NCBI RefSeq assembly: GCF_009834535.1
Contig: NC_045697.1
Span: 62,870,001-62,934,000 of the forward strand
Direction: 5' to 3'
Source of the DNA: Camelus ferus
Taxonomy: Eukaryota
DNA length: 64,000 bases
In this document: one piece after another, positions 13,837 to 27,950 of the stretch
Position numbering within the stretch: the stretch's first letter is position 1
Layout: each line of letters begins with the position of its first letter
The notes under the pieces: model-generated
What the model was told of the DNA's origin: nothing
Seen by the model: the letters and a program-made list of their open reading frames with translations, nothing else
Databases searched by the model: none
Made by a program: the position numbers and the translations under genes

Positions 13837-16800
13837 ATACACATATCCTTTGTTTCTTCTAATCTACAAAAGAAATTTTTGAGAAGCCTCATTTGAGGCT
13901 GTATAGCATATCACCTTATTTGAACTGCATCTAATTGAAAAAAGGAAACAACAACCACCATGCATTAAGATTTCTTTTAAAGTCTAATGCCTGAAAGAAA
14001 ACCAAAAGACACTGGAATACTACTGCCACTGAACCAGAACATCAGTTTAATATATCTATTTTTTCTCTGCGGAATTTGATTGGGAAATTTATTGCTCATT
14101 TTGTTCTTGTCATATTTTGATCTGGGCTTTCTACTTTTGGTATTTGATTCTGGATCTAGAATTAACAAAGAAGTGGTCAACTGACATTTATTTAGGTGTT
14201 CATTTATTTGTAGAATTAGCAAAAAATTCAAACAACCAATAATCTATGTTTTAGCCTAAAGTTACTATAATAAACACATATGCAGACTGTTGAATTTAAT
14301 TGGACAGTTATTTAAATGTTTCCAAGAGAAGGAGCAATAAAAATCAGTCTGTTGACCATTTTGGTTAATGGCTTAAGAAGAGTCGTGAGCATTTTAATTT
14401 TCTAGCTGCTTACAATGAACAGATAGAACAGTAGCATTTTTCACACTGTCAGCTCTGTGATCACAGAGAAGCATCTGTAATTCCAACATTATGCATATGC
14501 ATCATGTAATTATATAATTGCAGATATGTTGTGCCTGCACACATCAGAAGGTTATGCTTTTAAAATGGAAAAGTAATGTTGAATAGCAGAAGTCATAGGT
14601 TCATGTGATGATATCAATCTCCAGCAGCATAAATTTTAAGGATTTGTATAAGCCACTGTACTGCCTGACTTGCACCAAATCCAATCCAAGAACTCACAAA
14701 TGGAAGTTCAAATGCTATATCAGCTTTTAAAAAATTCTAATGCATTAGATCAGGATGATTCATAATCTTTACAGATTATCTGAAACTTTACTATATGTGC
14801 AACAAGAGCCGCTGTGATTTTTTTTAAATTGAGGTTTATAAATTAGGATACTTTGGGCTTATTTTTTAAAAGAAAGTTATTTGAACCTTAACTACAGAAA
14901 AGTAGTAATAATAATCTAAGTAAAGGGTTTAGTTCAAGGCTTAGATTCTGCTATTTTAAAAATTTTCTAGCAAGAGATAATTAAAAGTGATTATTGTGGA
15001 AAGAGACAAGGTTCCAGCACAAAAGAAACAAAAGCACTCTAAGAATATGAGACTATTTCCACTCATATGGAGGTTGTTTTCCAGATAAAGTCTTTTCCAA
15101 TTGTGAACCCCAATGTATCTCAACAACTCCTTCCATAAAGAGTTTTTTTTTTTTCAAATAAAGTCTTTTCCAACAGAGCCCAATCTCAATTGCAATCCCA
15201 ATTATAAGCCTACTAGGATTACTATTAATGATACCAAATATTTTGTCAGGTCTAAAAAGCTTAAGCAATTAAAAATGTTAAGAGTTTTAAAACTTACATA
15301 TTTATGTATAGCTTTAGTTAATATCCACATATATCATTGTAGGTAATAATTATTAATTATGATTTTTAAAAGACCTAGTGCCTATAGCCCAGAATATTTT
15401 AATGTTTCTGTCCTTCTCTCTTTTTTTTATAAAGTAGAGACTCTACACAGTCTTAAAACACTGAATCTGCATGACACCCAGGAACTGGAATGCTGAGTAG
15501 AAAAGAGAAATTGTAAGAACGCAGAATCATCAGGAAGGTTCAGTACTTTATGAAGAACCAGATTGTACATGTTCTGAGTACCTTGGTCATGCAATGTTTC
15601 CTCCTTAGCTGACAAACATCAGGCTCAAACCATGCTTCTCTGGTACCATCCCTTGTGTTTTCTCTCTGTTCTTTCTACTTTTTCTGTCTTTCCTTCTTTC
15701 TCCTTTTGTATAACTGGTTTAAGTATCATGTTCACTGAATTTACAGCTAATGCCTTAAGTATATTTCATTTCACTTTAATGCCTGACCAATATCATTGAA
15801 AATTAATATGCTAATACTGTAGCATGCATTGTGCACTAAGGCCTAAAGGAAAAGGTATTTGACCAGGACTCAGTGCTCCTAATTTTTTATAATTTACAGT
15901 GTGGAATTGGCCCAACCAGTCATCTTTCTTTAAGTCTCAGTTTACTTTATTTCCAAAAGAACAGAACAACAGCAAAACCTGGTTCATATTTTTACAGCCT
16001 TGCTTAAATGGGTAGTGTAGATACAAATTATTTAAAACTTGTACCACTTGGGCTCGTACAGACATTCTCAAATGTGCAGCAATCAACTTCTCCTTCGGCA
16101 ATAAGGAAGTGTGGAGAAACAAGAAACATGTGGTTCCTTAAGGTATGAAACTACGGGGATTTTCCACTATATGACTGACTCATCCTGAAATAGAGAAAGA
16201 GAACTGACGTAACATCGATACTGTACCAATTAAATGAGTGCATTTATCATTCTAACCAATACATTAATTTTTAAGTTATGATTGTTCATGTTTTCTTTTT
16301 GACCTCAGGTTGTGTGAATCAACAACCCAAAGTGATTAAGTCAAGTCGACTAATACCTTCACCTGAAGGAGCTGAAAAAAGAATACTTTACCTGAGTAGC
16401 TTTTTAAATTATTCATATTATTTTGAGGTATTGCTCACCTTTGAAGTGGGTGGATACTGTGGATATATATTTATTTCTGTCCTATCTCAAATCTGCCTTG
16501 GTGTAAACTAAACCTGTTTATACTGAAGTGGATATTTGGTTACCTCTATGGGAATGATTTTGTGTTAATGACTAAATAGTACAATATATATGTTATAATT
16601 ACAATGTGATAAAAATCCTTACAAGAGATAACATGAATAAATGATCAGTTCAATACTTTCCTTCCTAAACAATGGTCAAATGAGAAAAATACAGATGAGA
16701 ATAGGCTTGTGATAAATATGTAAATAAATACTGAATTTCAGCCTTTAACATCCCCTATTTGGTGACTTTCGGAGCACTTTGTACACTCACGGAAGAGAAA

Positions 16801-17984
16801 GTACTGCAACCCCTGACAAGAATTTTTTTTAACCAATTTATTAGAGTTAAAGAAATGGAGCTGGCTAAAGGCAGAGAAGACACAGGGAGGTCCCCAGCAT
16901 TGGCTACCTTTCTGATGGCCACCAGAAAGTTGCCAGTCCACAGAGGTCTGCTATTAAAAGATAGTATATCGAGCTTGACAGAAGGGCCCTGTTCGTAGTG
17001 ATGATGGGAGGTGTGAGGACAGAATCTAATTAGGTGGTTGCTAGCACGTTGGAAACAAAAGGAAGACCACGTCTATTCAGAAGCTAAAATGTGCTGATAC
17101 CAAATTAGATGCTCAGTCAATACAGCCACCACTGCATGTGGTAAGGGCTCACACCTCAGAGAAGCAGTTAATTATCTCTCTTCAATTTACCAGTCTCCGC
17201 TTGAAACCTAACTTTAGCCATATCTTTAATGCGATAGTTGAGGAAGATGTAGGTTTTTTTCCCCTTTATGAAACAGAATCAATCTATTTCTTCCCCAGAG
17301 AGTGACATTTAATCACCCCTGTGTTACTAGGCTTATGATTGGGATTCTGATTATTATTCTCATTTGCCTTGGAGGCTTCGTGCTTTCAAAGCCTTTGTAT
17401 CAAATCTCATACCCACGCAGAAAGGTCCGCTGATCACTAGTCCTCCAGCACTTTTTATCAAGTGGGTAGGAAACTTCTTGATATTTCCTAGTGCAGGGTT
17501 TTAAGTTGTTTTTATTTTGTACAGAGTAGATTCAGGCCACACACAAACATGTTTCAATCTTTAATTATATATCCGAGTCAACCTTTTAAATTTGATGTCT
17601 AAAAATATCACTTGGATCAAGTTTGGGGGTTATTTTTTATATCCTCTCTATTTGTTGATGCTTTAAAAATGAATGGAAATTACTTAAAGGAGATGAATAA
17701 TATTGTCTGATGTCTAAAAAATTATGTATACCTTTCTTTTAAGAAAAACCAAGGGCTTTATAGGCAATAAAAATGTCAATATTCTAAGGTCCCTATTTAC
17801 TGAATCACTATTGAAAGAATAAGTATCAATTATAGAATCTTTGTCAATGAAAAGTTGTCCTTGGCTACATCTCAATATCTTTTTAGTTTTTCTTACTATT
17901 TATTTTAGCACATATAAAGCACTATATTAGAGAATTTTGGGCATTTGGGAATAGTAGTATCTCAGTAGTAAGCTTTTTCTCTTT

Positions 17985-18173
17985 GCCAAATACTGTGCTG
18001 TTTTACATATATCTCATTTTCCCCCAAATAACCCCACCAAAATAAGTATTATTATTATCTGTATTCATTGATGGGAAAATTGAGACACAGAGAATTTAAC
18101 TAATTTACCCAAAATCACATAGCTTAGAAATGATTTACCCTGGATTTGGACATAAGTATTATAGCTCCAGAAC
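17985..18173 (-). mobile_element. MIR SINE
   Basis: tattattattatc ... gatgggaaaattgagacacagagaatttaactaatttacccaaaatcacatagct. Confidence 0.75.
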
Positions 18174-18476
18174 TTCATTCGTTTCAGTTTTGAAAATGAA
18201 TCTATGCTCTTCTTTTATGTGTCTGAACTCAGTGGAAAAGATTTTTTTCTATTTTTGCTTTTTCAAAGAAGATTTAGAATTGCAATGAACTAAAACCCAA
18301 CCAAAACACACACAAAACATATTCACTGCTAGTGTAATTTAATTGTTTGTTATGTTTTCGTTTGGAATTGGTTTAAAAAGTCACTTACTTGTTCTAAAAA
18401 CAAAACACACATACAAACACATTCCATGTTATTTGAGTAATGTTAATATAGAGCAAACATCTATATTAGCAAGAAC

Positions 18477-18626
18477 CAGGACCAGCTGCATTAATTCGTG
18501 GTGCCCAATGCAAAATGAAAGTATGGAGTTCCCTGTTCAAAAATTGTTAACAGTTTTGAGGTGGAGACAGATAAGTATTAAACTAAATGAAACTGCCTAG
18601 GTCACATGCCCGTGATGCTGGCTCTG
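18477..18626. mobile_element. MER45A-like hAT DNA transposon (MITE)
   Basis: Termini caggaccagc and gctggctctg form an imperfect TIR. The internal gcccaatgcaaaatgaaa ... tgttcaaaaattgttaa matches MER45A as recalled. Confidence 0.75.
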
Positions 18627-19784
18627 TCAATAAACCAGCATTGATCACTGAAGACTTTCTATCGGCAGAGTAACCTGTGAGCCAAAGAAGATTCCTGGGA
18701 GACACAGGAGCCATGAGGATAGACTTTTAAGACTTTGCCACTTCAAGTTGCCGCCTTCATTTTTTTTTTTTTTGTTTCTTTCATGTTTTTGTTTTTAGTT
18801 TTTGCTTCAAAAATGTACTTGAAAATTGGGATTTCAAAGAGCAGTGCAATAAATATATACAATTCTTGTTTGTTGTGCTTACCCTTCCTGCCTCAATAGG
18901 ATTCAAAGCTGGTTTCTAATACCATAGTTAGAATGTTGCACATTTAGGGTGATCACAATTTTGCAAAGCTTCAAGAACTGTGACTTTATGAGCAGAGTAA
19001 ATGTTTGATAACTTTTTTTATTGTAGAACAGTTTTATGGGAAACATACATAAATTTCCTGATTTAAGTAGATAAGAACTGTAAAATTATGCACTGCAAGG
19101 AAGATTAAACTAAATGCCTTCTAAGATCCCCATTACAGTCATAAGATCCTGTGACTCAATAAGAGTAGATTACCTGTCTAAGAACTGAAAGTAGCACTTC
19201 TGTGACAAAAAGTACATGTGGTAATGTCTTTGACTCTAGAGTTTTGAGTGGGCAGTTAGATTACATCCTAATTTCCTCCAAATTAGGGAGAGAATGGTGA
19301 CAAAGTCAAAGTAGTGAATGTACTTCAACCTGCTGTTTGTAAGCCCCTCCCCCAATTGAACTAACACCCCAGTCACACTCAGAGCGGTTGTATGATGCTG
19401 CTTTTCCCAAGAGGACATCTTTAGGGAAAGAAGCAGGAAAAGATTTTGTACTCCCTACAAAGAAGCCAATGTGAAAAACAGACACTAGAAAAAGCTGAAG
19501 AGGCACCCATTTTCCCTGGAAAAGTAAGAAAGAAGAGTTGTGAGAAGAGAAGAGATTCTATTTTCTAATTATTCCTAGAGGGTTGAGTTCCCCCCTTGTT
19601 AGTTCACAGAAATGCTGGAAAACCACACAAGAACATCCCCTTTCCAGCTCATCTCCTGCTATATAAAGGTTGAATAATAAATTTTTCACTGGAATTATGA
19701 TAGTCTTCATGGACCTAGACCCACAACCACTTGGCACCAACAAGTACTGTGCTATCTCCCTACATGTGTTAGATGCAGGGGGTT

Positions 19785-19940
19785 GCATGATATGGAAGTG
19801 AGGGTGCAAGCTATGAAACTGAGGAACCTGGGTCTGAATCCTGGCTCTGCCACTGATCAGTTGCATGGCATTTTGCATTTTATGTTACATATCCTCTCTA
19901 GGTCTCAATGTGTTTATCTTTAACAGTAGGATAATATATT
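19785..19940 (+). mobile_element. MIR SINE
   Basis: acctgggtctgaatcctggctctgccact (B-box region) ... ggtctcaatgtgtttatctttaacagtaggataat. Confidence 0.75.
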
Positions 19941-20211
19941 ATTATGTAAGTTAAATATAGCAAGTATAGACTTTTCCATACCTCTCCCTTCCTCATTCTC
20001 AGTATAGGTTATGCAGTTTGCAAAATTTAGCTCATATTCTGCCTATTGAGATTACTCTTCAAACTCATCATAAACATTTCTGAGATGAAGTGTGGAATTC
20101 TCAATGTTATAAAGAAAATTAAGGAGGGGAAAATACTGCATTGGTTGAACCATCCATGACTTGCTCACTCTTCAGGGGAAGACAACAAGATTTTCAAATA
20201 AAAATGTATTA

Positions 20212-20385
20212 TAAACTTTTTTTTTCTGAAAAGGGCCAAATAGTAAATATTTTAGGCTCTGCTAGCCATGTGGTCACTGCCTGAACTATTTAACTCTGCC
20301 ATTTTAGTTTAAAACTATAATATATAAATGAATGGACATGACTGTGTTCCAATAAAACTTTATTTGCAAATACATGGCTGATCTG
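20212..20385 (+). mobile_element. MER58A-like hAT-Charlie DNA transposon
   Basis: aaagggccaaatagtaaatattttaggct ... aactctgccatt ... tgtgttccaataaaactttattt. Confidence 0.85.
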
Positions 20386-20549
20386 TGATCTATTCATTAA
20401 GTGTATTGAAAATAAGATAAAATGTTGGTTATATTAGCTTATTTTTCTATCAATGAAAATCTTCAATACAATATGTAAACATATGGCCACAGAGTTTTCC
20501 TGTTACTAGTTTTTACTAAGCTGATGTAAATACTGAACATTTGAGAGTT

Positions 20550-22180
20550 AAGTATGTTCTAGAGAGTGTCTACATTCATTTTTATTTTTGCATGTGTATG
20601 TCCAGTTACTCCAGCATCCGTTGTTAAACACTATCTGTTTTCTATAATATTGACTTTCTCCTTGGTCAAAGATCAGTTAACTAAATTTCTGTGGATTTGT
20701 TTCTTGGCTCTCTATTCTGTTCCACTGATCTATCTGTCTATTCTTTCACCAAGACCACACTAGTTTTATACTAAGCCCTGAATACTGTAGTTTTATAGTA
20801 AGCCTTGAAGTATGGTAGTATCAGTGCTCCAGATTTGTTTTTCTTCTTCAATATTAAATGGCTTTTGTTGGGGGACCTTTTACTTTTCCATATAAACTTT
20901 AGATTCAGTTTATCAATATCCACAAAATAACTTGCTGGAATTTTAATTGGGATTGTATTGAACCTATAGATCAATTTGGTAAGAATTGTCATTTTAACAA
21001 TATTGAGTCTTTCCATCCATGAATATGGAACATCTCTTTAGTTACTTAGTCCCTTCTGATGTATTTTGTCAGAGTTTTACAATTTTCCTCATATAGATCT
21101 TATACATATTTTGCTAGATTTATACCTAAATATTTCAAATTTTGGTGCTAATATAAATGATACTGTGTTTTTAATCTCAAATTCCACATTTTCATTGCTA
21201 GTATATAAGAAAATGATTGACTTTTAACCTTGTATACTGCAACCTTTGTTCTGATGCTAGCTCAGTTTATTCAAACAGTTTTTTGCCTTATCATATGACC
21301 TGTAATCTTTTTCTTGATAGCCTGACATGATATACTGGGTAAAGAGAATGGCAGTAAATAGGCTTTAGTGATATGATGGTAAGGTATAGGGGAGAGGAAG
21401 AATTCTACAAGTCCTGTGATTAGTTTGCAGTCTTCTAGTTAGCCTGTACCCCTGGTCTGTGAACAAGTGCTTCTTGTTTAGGTTGTTTTGTTTTGTTTGT
21501 TTTGTTTTGTTTTTTGCTGCCTTACGTGGGACAGGAAGACTAGAAGTGGGTGAAACTGGGTATTTCCCTTTCCCCATTGGAAAGCTGAAGAGGGCTCGAG
21601 TTGAGTATTTCTCTTACTCCAGGTCAGTTGGTTTCTGATGAAATTCCAATAGGTTAGGCTCTGGTAAAATAGTTTTGTGTGGGCTGGTCTTGCTAAGAAG
21701 AGCACCATGCTCTGGTGTATTTCAAAATTGTTTCTTTTACCTTTCTCCTGCCAGAAACATGAGGGAATTTTTCTCCACTCATCACTGTGAGAATCAAGGA
21801 GAGTTCCTGGAACTAAGTTTACAACCAAACATGTGAGGACTCTCCTATGACTGGGTCCCAGTGGTGTTTTTAACCCATAGACTTGTCTAATCTGAGCCCC
21901 CAACAATTCATCAACTACAGTTTAGATTTTTCTACCCCAGAATTGGTTCCTGCAAAGGTTTTCACTTGGATATTTCTTCTCCAATAAGTTCTGCTTTTCT
22001 GTATCCAGCCTGTCTGTCTCTCCAATTTCGGAGGCAGCAGTTTGCCCTGAGACCTCATTTCTCCGACAGATCTAAGCAGAGATGTTGAGTTGTCAGTTTG
22101 TTCAGCTTTTTACTTCTTTTTGGGACACAGTGACAACTTCCAAGCTCCTTACATGGGAAAATGAAAACCAGAAGTCTAAA
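20550..22180 (-). mobile_element. Old L1M (L1MC/MD-like): ORF2 fragment joined to 5'-region sequence
   Basis: ORF 20771-21016 (-) is L1 ORF2 ([29 protein letters not shown] ... LPYFKAYYK). Sequence at 21250-22180 resembles L1MC 5' UTR/ORF1-proximal sequence, implying an internal deletion. Confidence 0.8.
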
Positions 22181-22612
22181 AGTAGTTTTAACCCTCCAAC
22201 CAGGTTTATTATAACAAAAATTTATAGTAAGAAAGTCTGAAAATAAATTTTTAAAACCAAATGGCTCATGGCCACCCCAATTCCAAACTCTTGAGATTTC
22301 ATCTTCAGTTGAATGCCATCTGCATTTTCTAATTTGCTTTTATCAGGTTAATTTTATAAATCAGTCAGTATGCTATCTGCCAACATGAAAGCCTAAAATG
22401 TTATCTCCCTAGTGATTATTTAGACTGTTTTTCTTTAACCAAATAATTAATCAAATATACAATTCAATTGATTCAAGATCATATTAGTTAAAATAATTTC
22501 AAATTTCTTAAGACTACATGACTATAATTTCTAAGACTTTTATTTTCAACAATTTAAATATTTTTACTTCATGCTCAAATTCCAGTTAAATGTGCTAAAC
22601 ATCAAGGAATCA

Positions 22613-22614
<2 letters not shown>

Positions 22615-22654
<40 letters not shown>
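22615..22654. repeat. (TG)20 microsatellite
   Basis: Perfect TG run. Confidence 0.95.
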
Positions 22655-22659
<5 letters not shown>

Positions 22660-25057
22660 ATAAATTTAAAACCATAGAAGAATAAAATTAAAAAGTATTT
22701 ATTAGGACATGTCCCTGAATTAAATACTACAATAAACAATAATTTACATAATAAATTTATATTCAACTTAAAAAAAGGAGCCTTATGAATTACACAAAAT
22801 AAAATTTAGAAACTCAAAGTAACCTGTACACAGAGAGTGTATGTTTTACTGTTTCCCTTTACCTTAACCTCCATATAGTGAGTAATGAAAAAAGTGCTGG
22901 AAGGAGAGAGAAAATGTAAGGACATTTTCTCCTGTTTTATCCAAAGGGAAACAAGACTGTCTTCTACTCTCATTCATATGTAGTTATGCACATGAATACA
23001 TACGGCCAATAAAGCAGCAGTGTTTTCCCTTTTCTATCGTTATTTATTATTAAATACTTAGCCTTCATTGAAAGACACTCTTTTGTGTTAAGAGGGTTGG
23101 GTCAAGTGGGTTTAGGTTTTCAGTAACAGTTTTCAACACCACACAGTTCTTTGAAGGGAAGAATGCACGTGACTGGTAGTAAAAGCATGAAGCACATAAA
23201 GAAGAGAATACACGTCATCATCATCATGAAAAACCTCTTTGAATGACAGTGATGAGTCTATAAAATGTGAGCAAACCAGACAGAGTTCCTATTCTCTCGT
23301 AACATAGCAGTAAAAAGCAGAGGTTGTGCTTTAAAACACCATTGATGGGTGATTCAGAATTCTTAATGAACATTCAAGTATGTCTGATAGCTCTTAGTGG
23401 TTGGTATGAAATAATGAGAAAGCTGTGATTTCAATATCCCAGGAAAATTCTGTTTAAATTAAGTAGAACATTGTGTTTTGCTTTATCCTTTACTCAACCA
23501 TTTTCAGCTTCTGAAGGGTGTGGAGAAAGGGAGGATGGCAAAAGAAGGATAAAAATACATTGGTCTATTTGTTTCCATCTCATTGCATTTATATCTTTGT
23601 CCTTGGCTTCATATGCACCCACAGAAGCACTAAGTCTGTCTAGTAACCTTAATTAGGGGCACTTCAAAAATAATCCCCATCTTAACATCCATCCAACTCT
23701 GCTAAGAATGCAAACAAAAAATTTACCTAAAAACATACTTCTATATATGAAAACAGAAACAGTTTGTAAAGGGAAAGCTGAAAACCCCTTATTTCTCAAT
23801 AAAAGGAAGTTTTATATGAGGTGTATTAGGCAGAAGTTTTGACATACTTGGAATGATTTAGAAAATTACAGCATGGAATGGTTTCAGGTTGAGTTGAATA
23901 CAGAAGGAAGCAAATAAAAATGTACCAAAAATATTGTTTGTTTTTGGAAAAGGCAAAGAAGTAATATAAAATACTACAAACGAATATAAATTAAAATCAA
24001 GTCTTTAACATATTCAGATTTACAATTTTAAGTAAGAAAAAAATGAAAATATTGCTACTAGAAATATTGAAAGATAAATAGATATATAGCTAGGTGGATA
24101 GATAGGCAGACATGCAATGAAAAAAGGAGAACAATTTACAGGTTGGAGTGTAAACAACATATCATTTCTTTTTGATGACCCACACATACGTTGATACTAG
24201 GTTTCCAAGAAGAAAAGTAATTATTAGTTTGTAATATTTATAAAGTGATAAGAGTATAACCACCTTACTGGAATTAAAGTCTCTGCCTCTCTGTTTGATT
24301 TGAAATAACAGACAGATTACTAAGACTTTTTGCCATATGATTTCCTTATTATGAAAGTTGATAATGTTGACTTTCTTGCAGAAATTGTAAAAACTAATGA
24401 GATAATAATTCTGGTTGAGATAGATGTCCCAAAATTGCCTTATTATTTACCATGAGGAGCAAAATGCTGATCCTATAAAGCAAAATCACCTTCATTCAAC
24501 TAAATGGAAGACAACTGACCTGTTATCTAAAAATTTCCCCCAATTTCATACAAAGGTGAGTTTTTTATTTTTAAGAGAAATTTCCTATATATTTTATTTT
24601 CTTAAAGGATAAAGTAAATTAGAACCAAAGCACATGAAAGTTTATTATTAAATGACTAATAATCACAAGCCTTCAGCTAAGCATTCCTTATCACTAAAAG
24701 ACCTTGTTACATTACTTGTAATCTCATAAGTGCCTGATTGCTCTAACACTGTTTAATACCCTACTGCCAGTGGTGATTGACAAGTAAATGATCACAGTGT
24801 CATCATTTTCTTTTGAATAAATAAACAAATAATGATAAAACAGCTAACACCTACCTACCTAACAAATAGCAAACACTCTCAAAATGATGGATATTATACT
24901 TTCAAGACACTGTTCTGAGTAAAACATTAAATTCTAATAATGATTTACATCTGTTCTCTTATTGAATCTTTCAACAAACCTATATGGGGAGTGTTTTATT
25001 ATTACCATTTTATAGAGGAGTAAAGTAAGACATAGAAAGATTACGTAACTTGACCAA

Positions 25058-25540
25058 TGTATTAGCCAAGGTTATCCAGGGAAACGGAACCAACAGAAGA
25101 GAGAAATATATGGAGGTCTGTTATGAGGAATTGGCTCACACAATTACGGAAGCTGGTAAGTCCCAAGATCTGCTGTCCACAAGCTGGAGGCCTAGGAAAT
25201 GTGGTGGTGTAATTTGGTGTAAATCCAAAGTCCTGGGGACCAGGGGAACCAATGTTGTATAAGTCCCAGTCCAAGGGCAAAAGAAGATGCGATGAGATGT
25301 TCTAGCTCATGCACTGAAGCAGAAAAACAAGGGGCAAATTTCTCCTTCTTTCACTTTTTGTTTATTCAGGCACTCAGCAGATTGGATGATGCCCACCTAC
25401 ATTGGGGACGGCAATTTACTGAGTCCACTGATCCACATGCTAATCTCATTCAGAAAGACCCTCACAGAAACACCCAGAAGTAATGTTTAACCTGAATACC
25501 CCATGGTCCATCAAGTCAACACATCAAATCACTCATTACA
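25058..25540 (-). mobile_element. MLT2 (ERVL) solo LTR inserted into a MIR
   Basis: TG...CA termini with MLT2 motifs (gaggaattggctcacacaatta; gattggatgatgcccacc). A 5-bp TSD ACCAA lies at 25053-25057 and 25541-25545, and MIR core sequence is immediately upstream. Confidence 0.9.
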
Positions 25541-26339
25541 ACCAAAAGTAACTGGCTTTACAGAGCATGGGCTCTTAACCATCATGTTCAACTGTCATTG
25601 CATAGACAACATATAGCTTGATGCCTTATTAATACAATCTGTTAAATTCTAAGATTTAGCAGATGATGAATATGCAAATTTGGAAACATCTATAATTCAT
25701 GAACTATGTAATATTTTCAGAAATATCAGGCTCAGTTTGATATTCATTAAATATTCTCAAAATGTTATCAAATATTTTATTAAATATTCACTAACAACAA
25801 CTCAAATGGTTTTTAAATCTGTAAGAGAATTGCAATGTACTAAGAGTTTAGGAAGGTTTGAATAACATTTTTATGACAATATAACCTTCATAATTGAATT
25901 AAAATACTAGAAGCAAAACCATTTTTTCTAAACCATTTTTGGGTAGATTTCTGTGTAGGACACATTTGAAACATGAATGTAGAGCTTGATGTCCCTCCTC
26001 CAAACTGCCTTTTTGTGGGAGTTCCCTTTTTGTCCCCTTCTTCTGGACTCCAGGACTCTGGGGAATGAACAGTTTGAAAACTTAATCTTAGACTACACTA
26101 ATCGTTTTAGAATTGATAAATATTACCTTGAACATGATAAGTTGTAAATCTATTTTATAGGTAAAGCAAATAGCAATTATATAGCCATATAAGATGATAC
26201 AAAAATATTTGCTTTAAAATTGCAAATATCATCTTATTATTCTGAGAAAATGAATTTGTACTGTGTTTGTTACTGACAACTTTATATACTACTTTGGTCA
26301 GTTTTCACTTACTGTAACATTTCAGTTTTTATGTGGTGG

Positions 26340-26994
26340 TGAGACAGGAAGGAAGAGGAGGCGGCACAACCATTAAAGGAATAACACAGCAATTAGCACC
26401 AAGATGGTGGAAAATTCAACTCCCAGTAGACCTTGAGGCCCAAGATGGCAAGAGATTCGAACTACAGTAGACCTTGAGCTTCATTATATGCTCAATGTAA
26501 TATATTAACATGGTGGCATTCCCACAGGCACCATGACAGTTCTGAGGCTGATCATAAAAGGTCAAAAAGTGGGCAGTGGCCCAATTCCTGGGAATCCCGG
26601 CCCCTTCCCCAAAGTAGTTGGAATAATCTTCCCCCTTGTTAGCATATGAAACTACCAAGACCATAAAAACTAGCAACACCACACCTCACAGCCTCTGGTT
26701 CCCTTGTCTTCTGAGATGGCCCGCACTCTGTGTATGGTGTGTGTATCTATTTTCACTTTAAACTAAGCAACCAACCCCACACCTTGTGTCCTTTCTCTTG
26801 CCTTCTGAGATGGTCTATACTCTGTCTATGGAGTGTATATCTCTCTGAATAAATCTACCTTTACTCAACTATGGCTTGCTCTTAAATTCTTTCCTGTGCA
26901 AAGCCAAGGACCCTCCCTTGGTGGGGAGTATCCCAGGGAACTTGTCTGAGACAGGACATGGCCATTGTCTTGTGCCTCATTTTTTCCTGTGTCA
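26340..26994 (+). mobile_element. ERV1-class solo LTR, MER41-like
   Basis: TG...CA termini, 4-bp TSD GTGG (26336-26339 and 26995-26998), TATA-like cataaaaa and AATAAA near 26848. The blocks gaataatcttcccccttgttagcatat and aattctttcctgtgcaaagccaaggaccctcccttgg resemble MER41. Confidence 0.85.
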
Positions 26995-27774
26995 GTGGTT
27001 TTATTATATCTTTTCTTTTGCCCATATTTTTTTTTCTTTTCTTTGTTAATATTCATGAAATAAGAATAGTGCACCCCCAAATTTTTTCCTTAACACAATT
27101 ATCTGACTGGCTATGGAAAAAAAATACATTTAAGTTTTGAATTAACTCATCTTTCCTTGCCTAGCAGTCTGGTTGGAGTGAGGCACCTCTATCGCCAAAA
27201 CAACCCTACAAAAGTGTATTAAGTATCTGCTCTGTACCAGGAACTGGAGCTGTCAAGCCAATGCCTTACGATCTGTTTTTTAGCAAGTTTTAGATTGGCA
27301 TAGAAGTTCTAGGTTTTGCAGCTACTTCAGAGAGTTAGAGATAAGTTAACAAGGGGTAGACCTACATGTAGTGAAGATATGAGGGAACAGAGATGCATTC
27401 CTGAATTGGGTTATAAGTGGTGAATACGGGCAGACAAGTGTTTATAGGTGGGGGAACAGAAAAGAGTGGCACTTTATTATACAATTAAAATATTAAGAAC
27501 ATACCTATTATAATACAGCTATTAAGCAGCTACTAAGTGACCTTTTTTCTAGTAGGCACTATGAGATACCAAGTTCATACAATTCTGTTTGTGAAATGGT
27601 TTCCTTGGATACATGCAATCTTGACAACTGATTTGAATTTAAATTCATGAGCACCATCTGATGGTATTTCCCTAATAAATCTACTTTCCTAATCTCTATC
27701 CAGTTACTAGGTTCTTTATAATCCAGTAATTATGGAAACTGTCACCTAAATTTCTGCATGGCAACCTAATTATA

Positions 27775-27950
27775 GGAAACAGCCCAGCCTTGTAGTCAGA
27801 CAATGTGATCTCAAACTTGGCTTCCTCATTTCTTAGCTCTGTGACCTCAAGTAAGTTAAATAACCCTTATCTCAAAAAATACAGCAAATAATATGTACCC
27901 CATCTGGTTGCTATCAGAATTAATAGGAGTACACACATAGTGAACCCAAA
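27775..27950 (+). mobile_element. MIR SINE
   Basis: tgtagtcagaca ... tcttagctctgtgacctcaagtaagttaaataacc. Confidence 0.6.

Noticed and set aside
16309..16427. Plus-strand exon-like segment after ttttctttttgacctcag
   Set aside because: The donor is weak (GTATTG), the peptide is unrecognisable and there are no supporting partner exons.
20566..21906. ORFs up to 142 aa
   Set aside because: They lie within a decayed L1M element and a (TTTTG)n tract.
26399..26845. Spaced direct repeats superficially like an array
   Set aside because: Only two copies of each unit, inside an LTR; these are ordinary U3/R duplications, not CRISPR.
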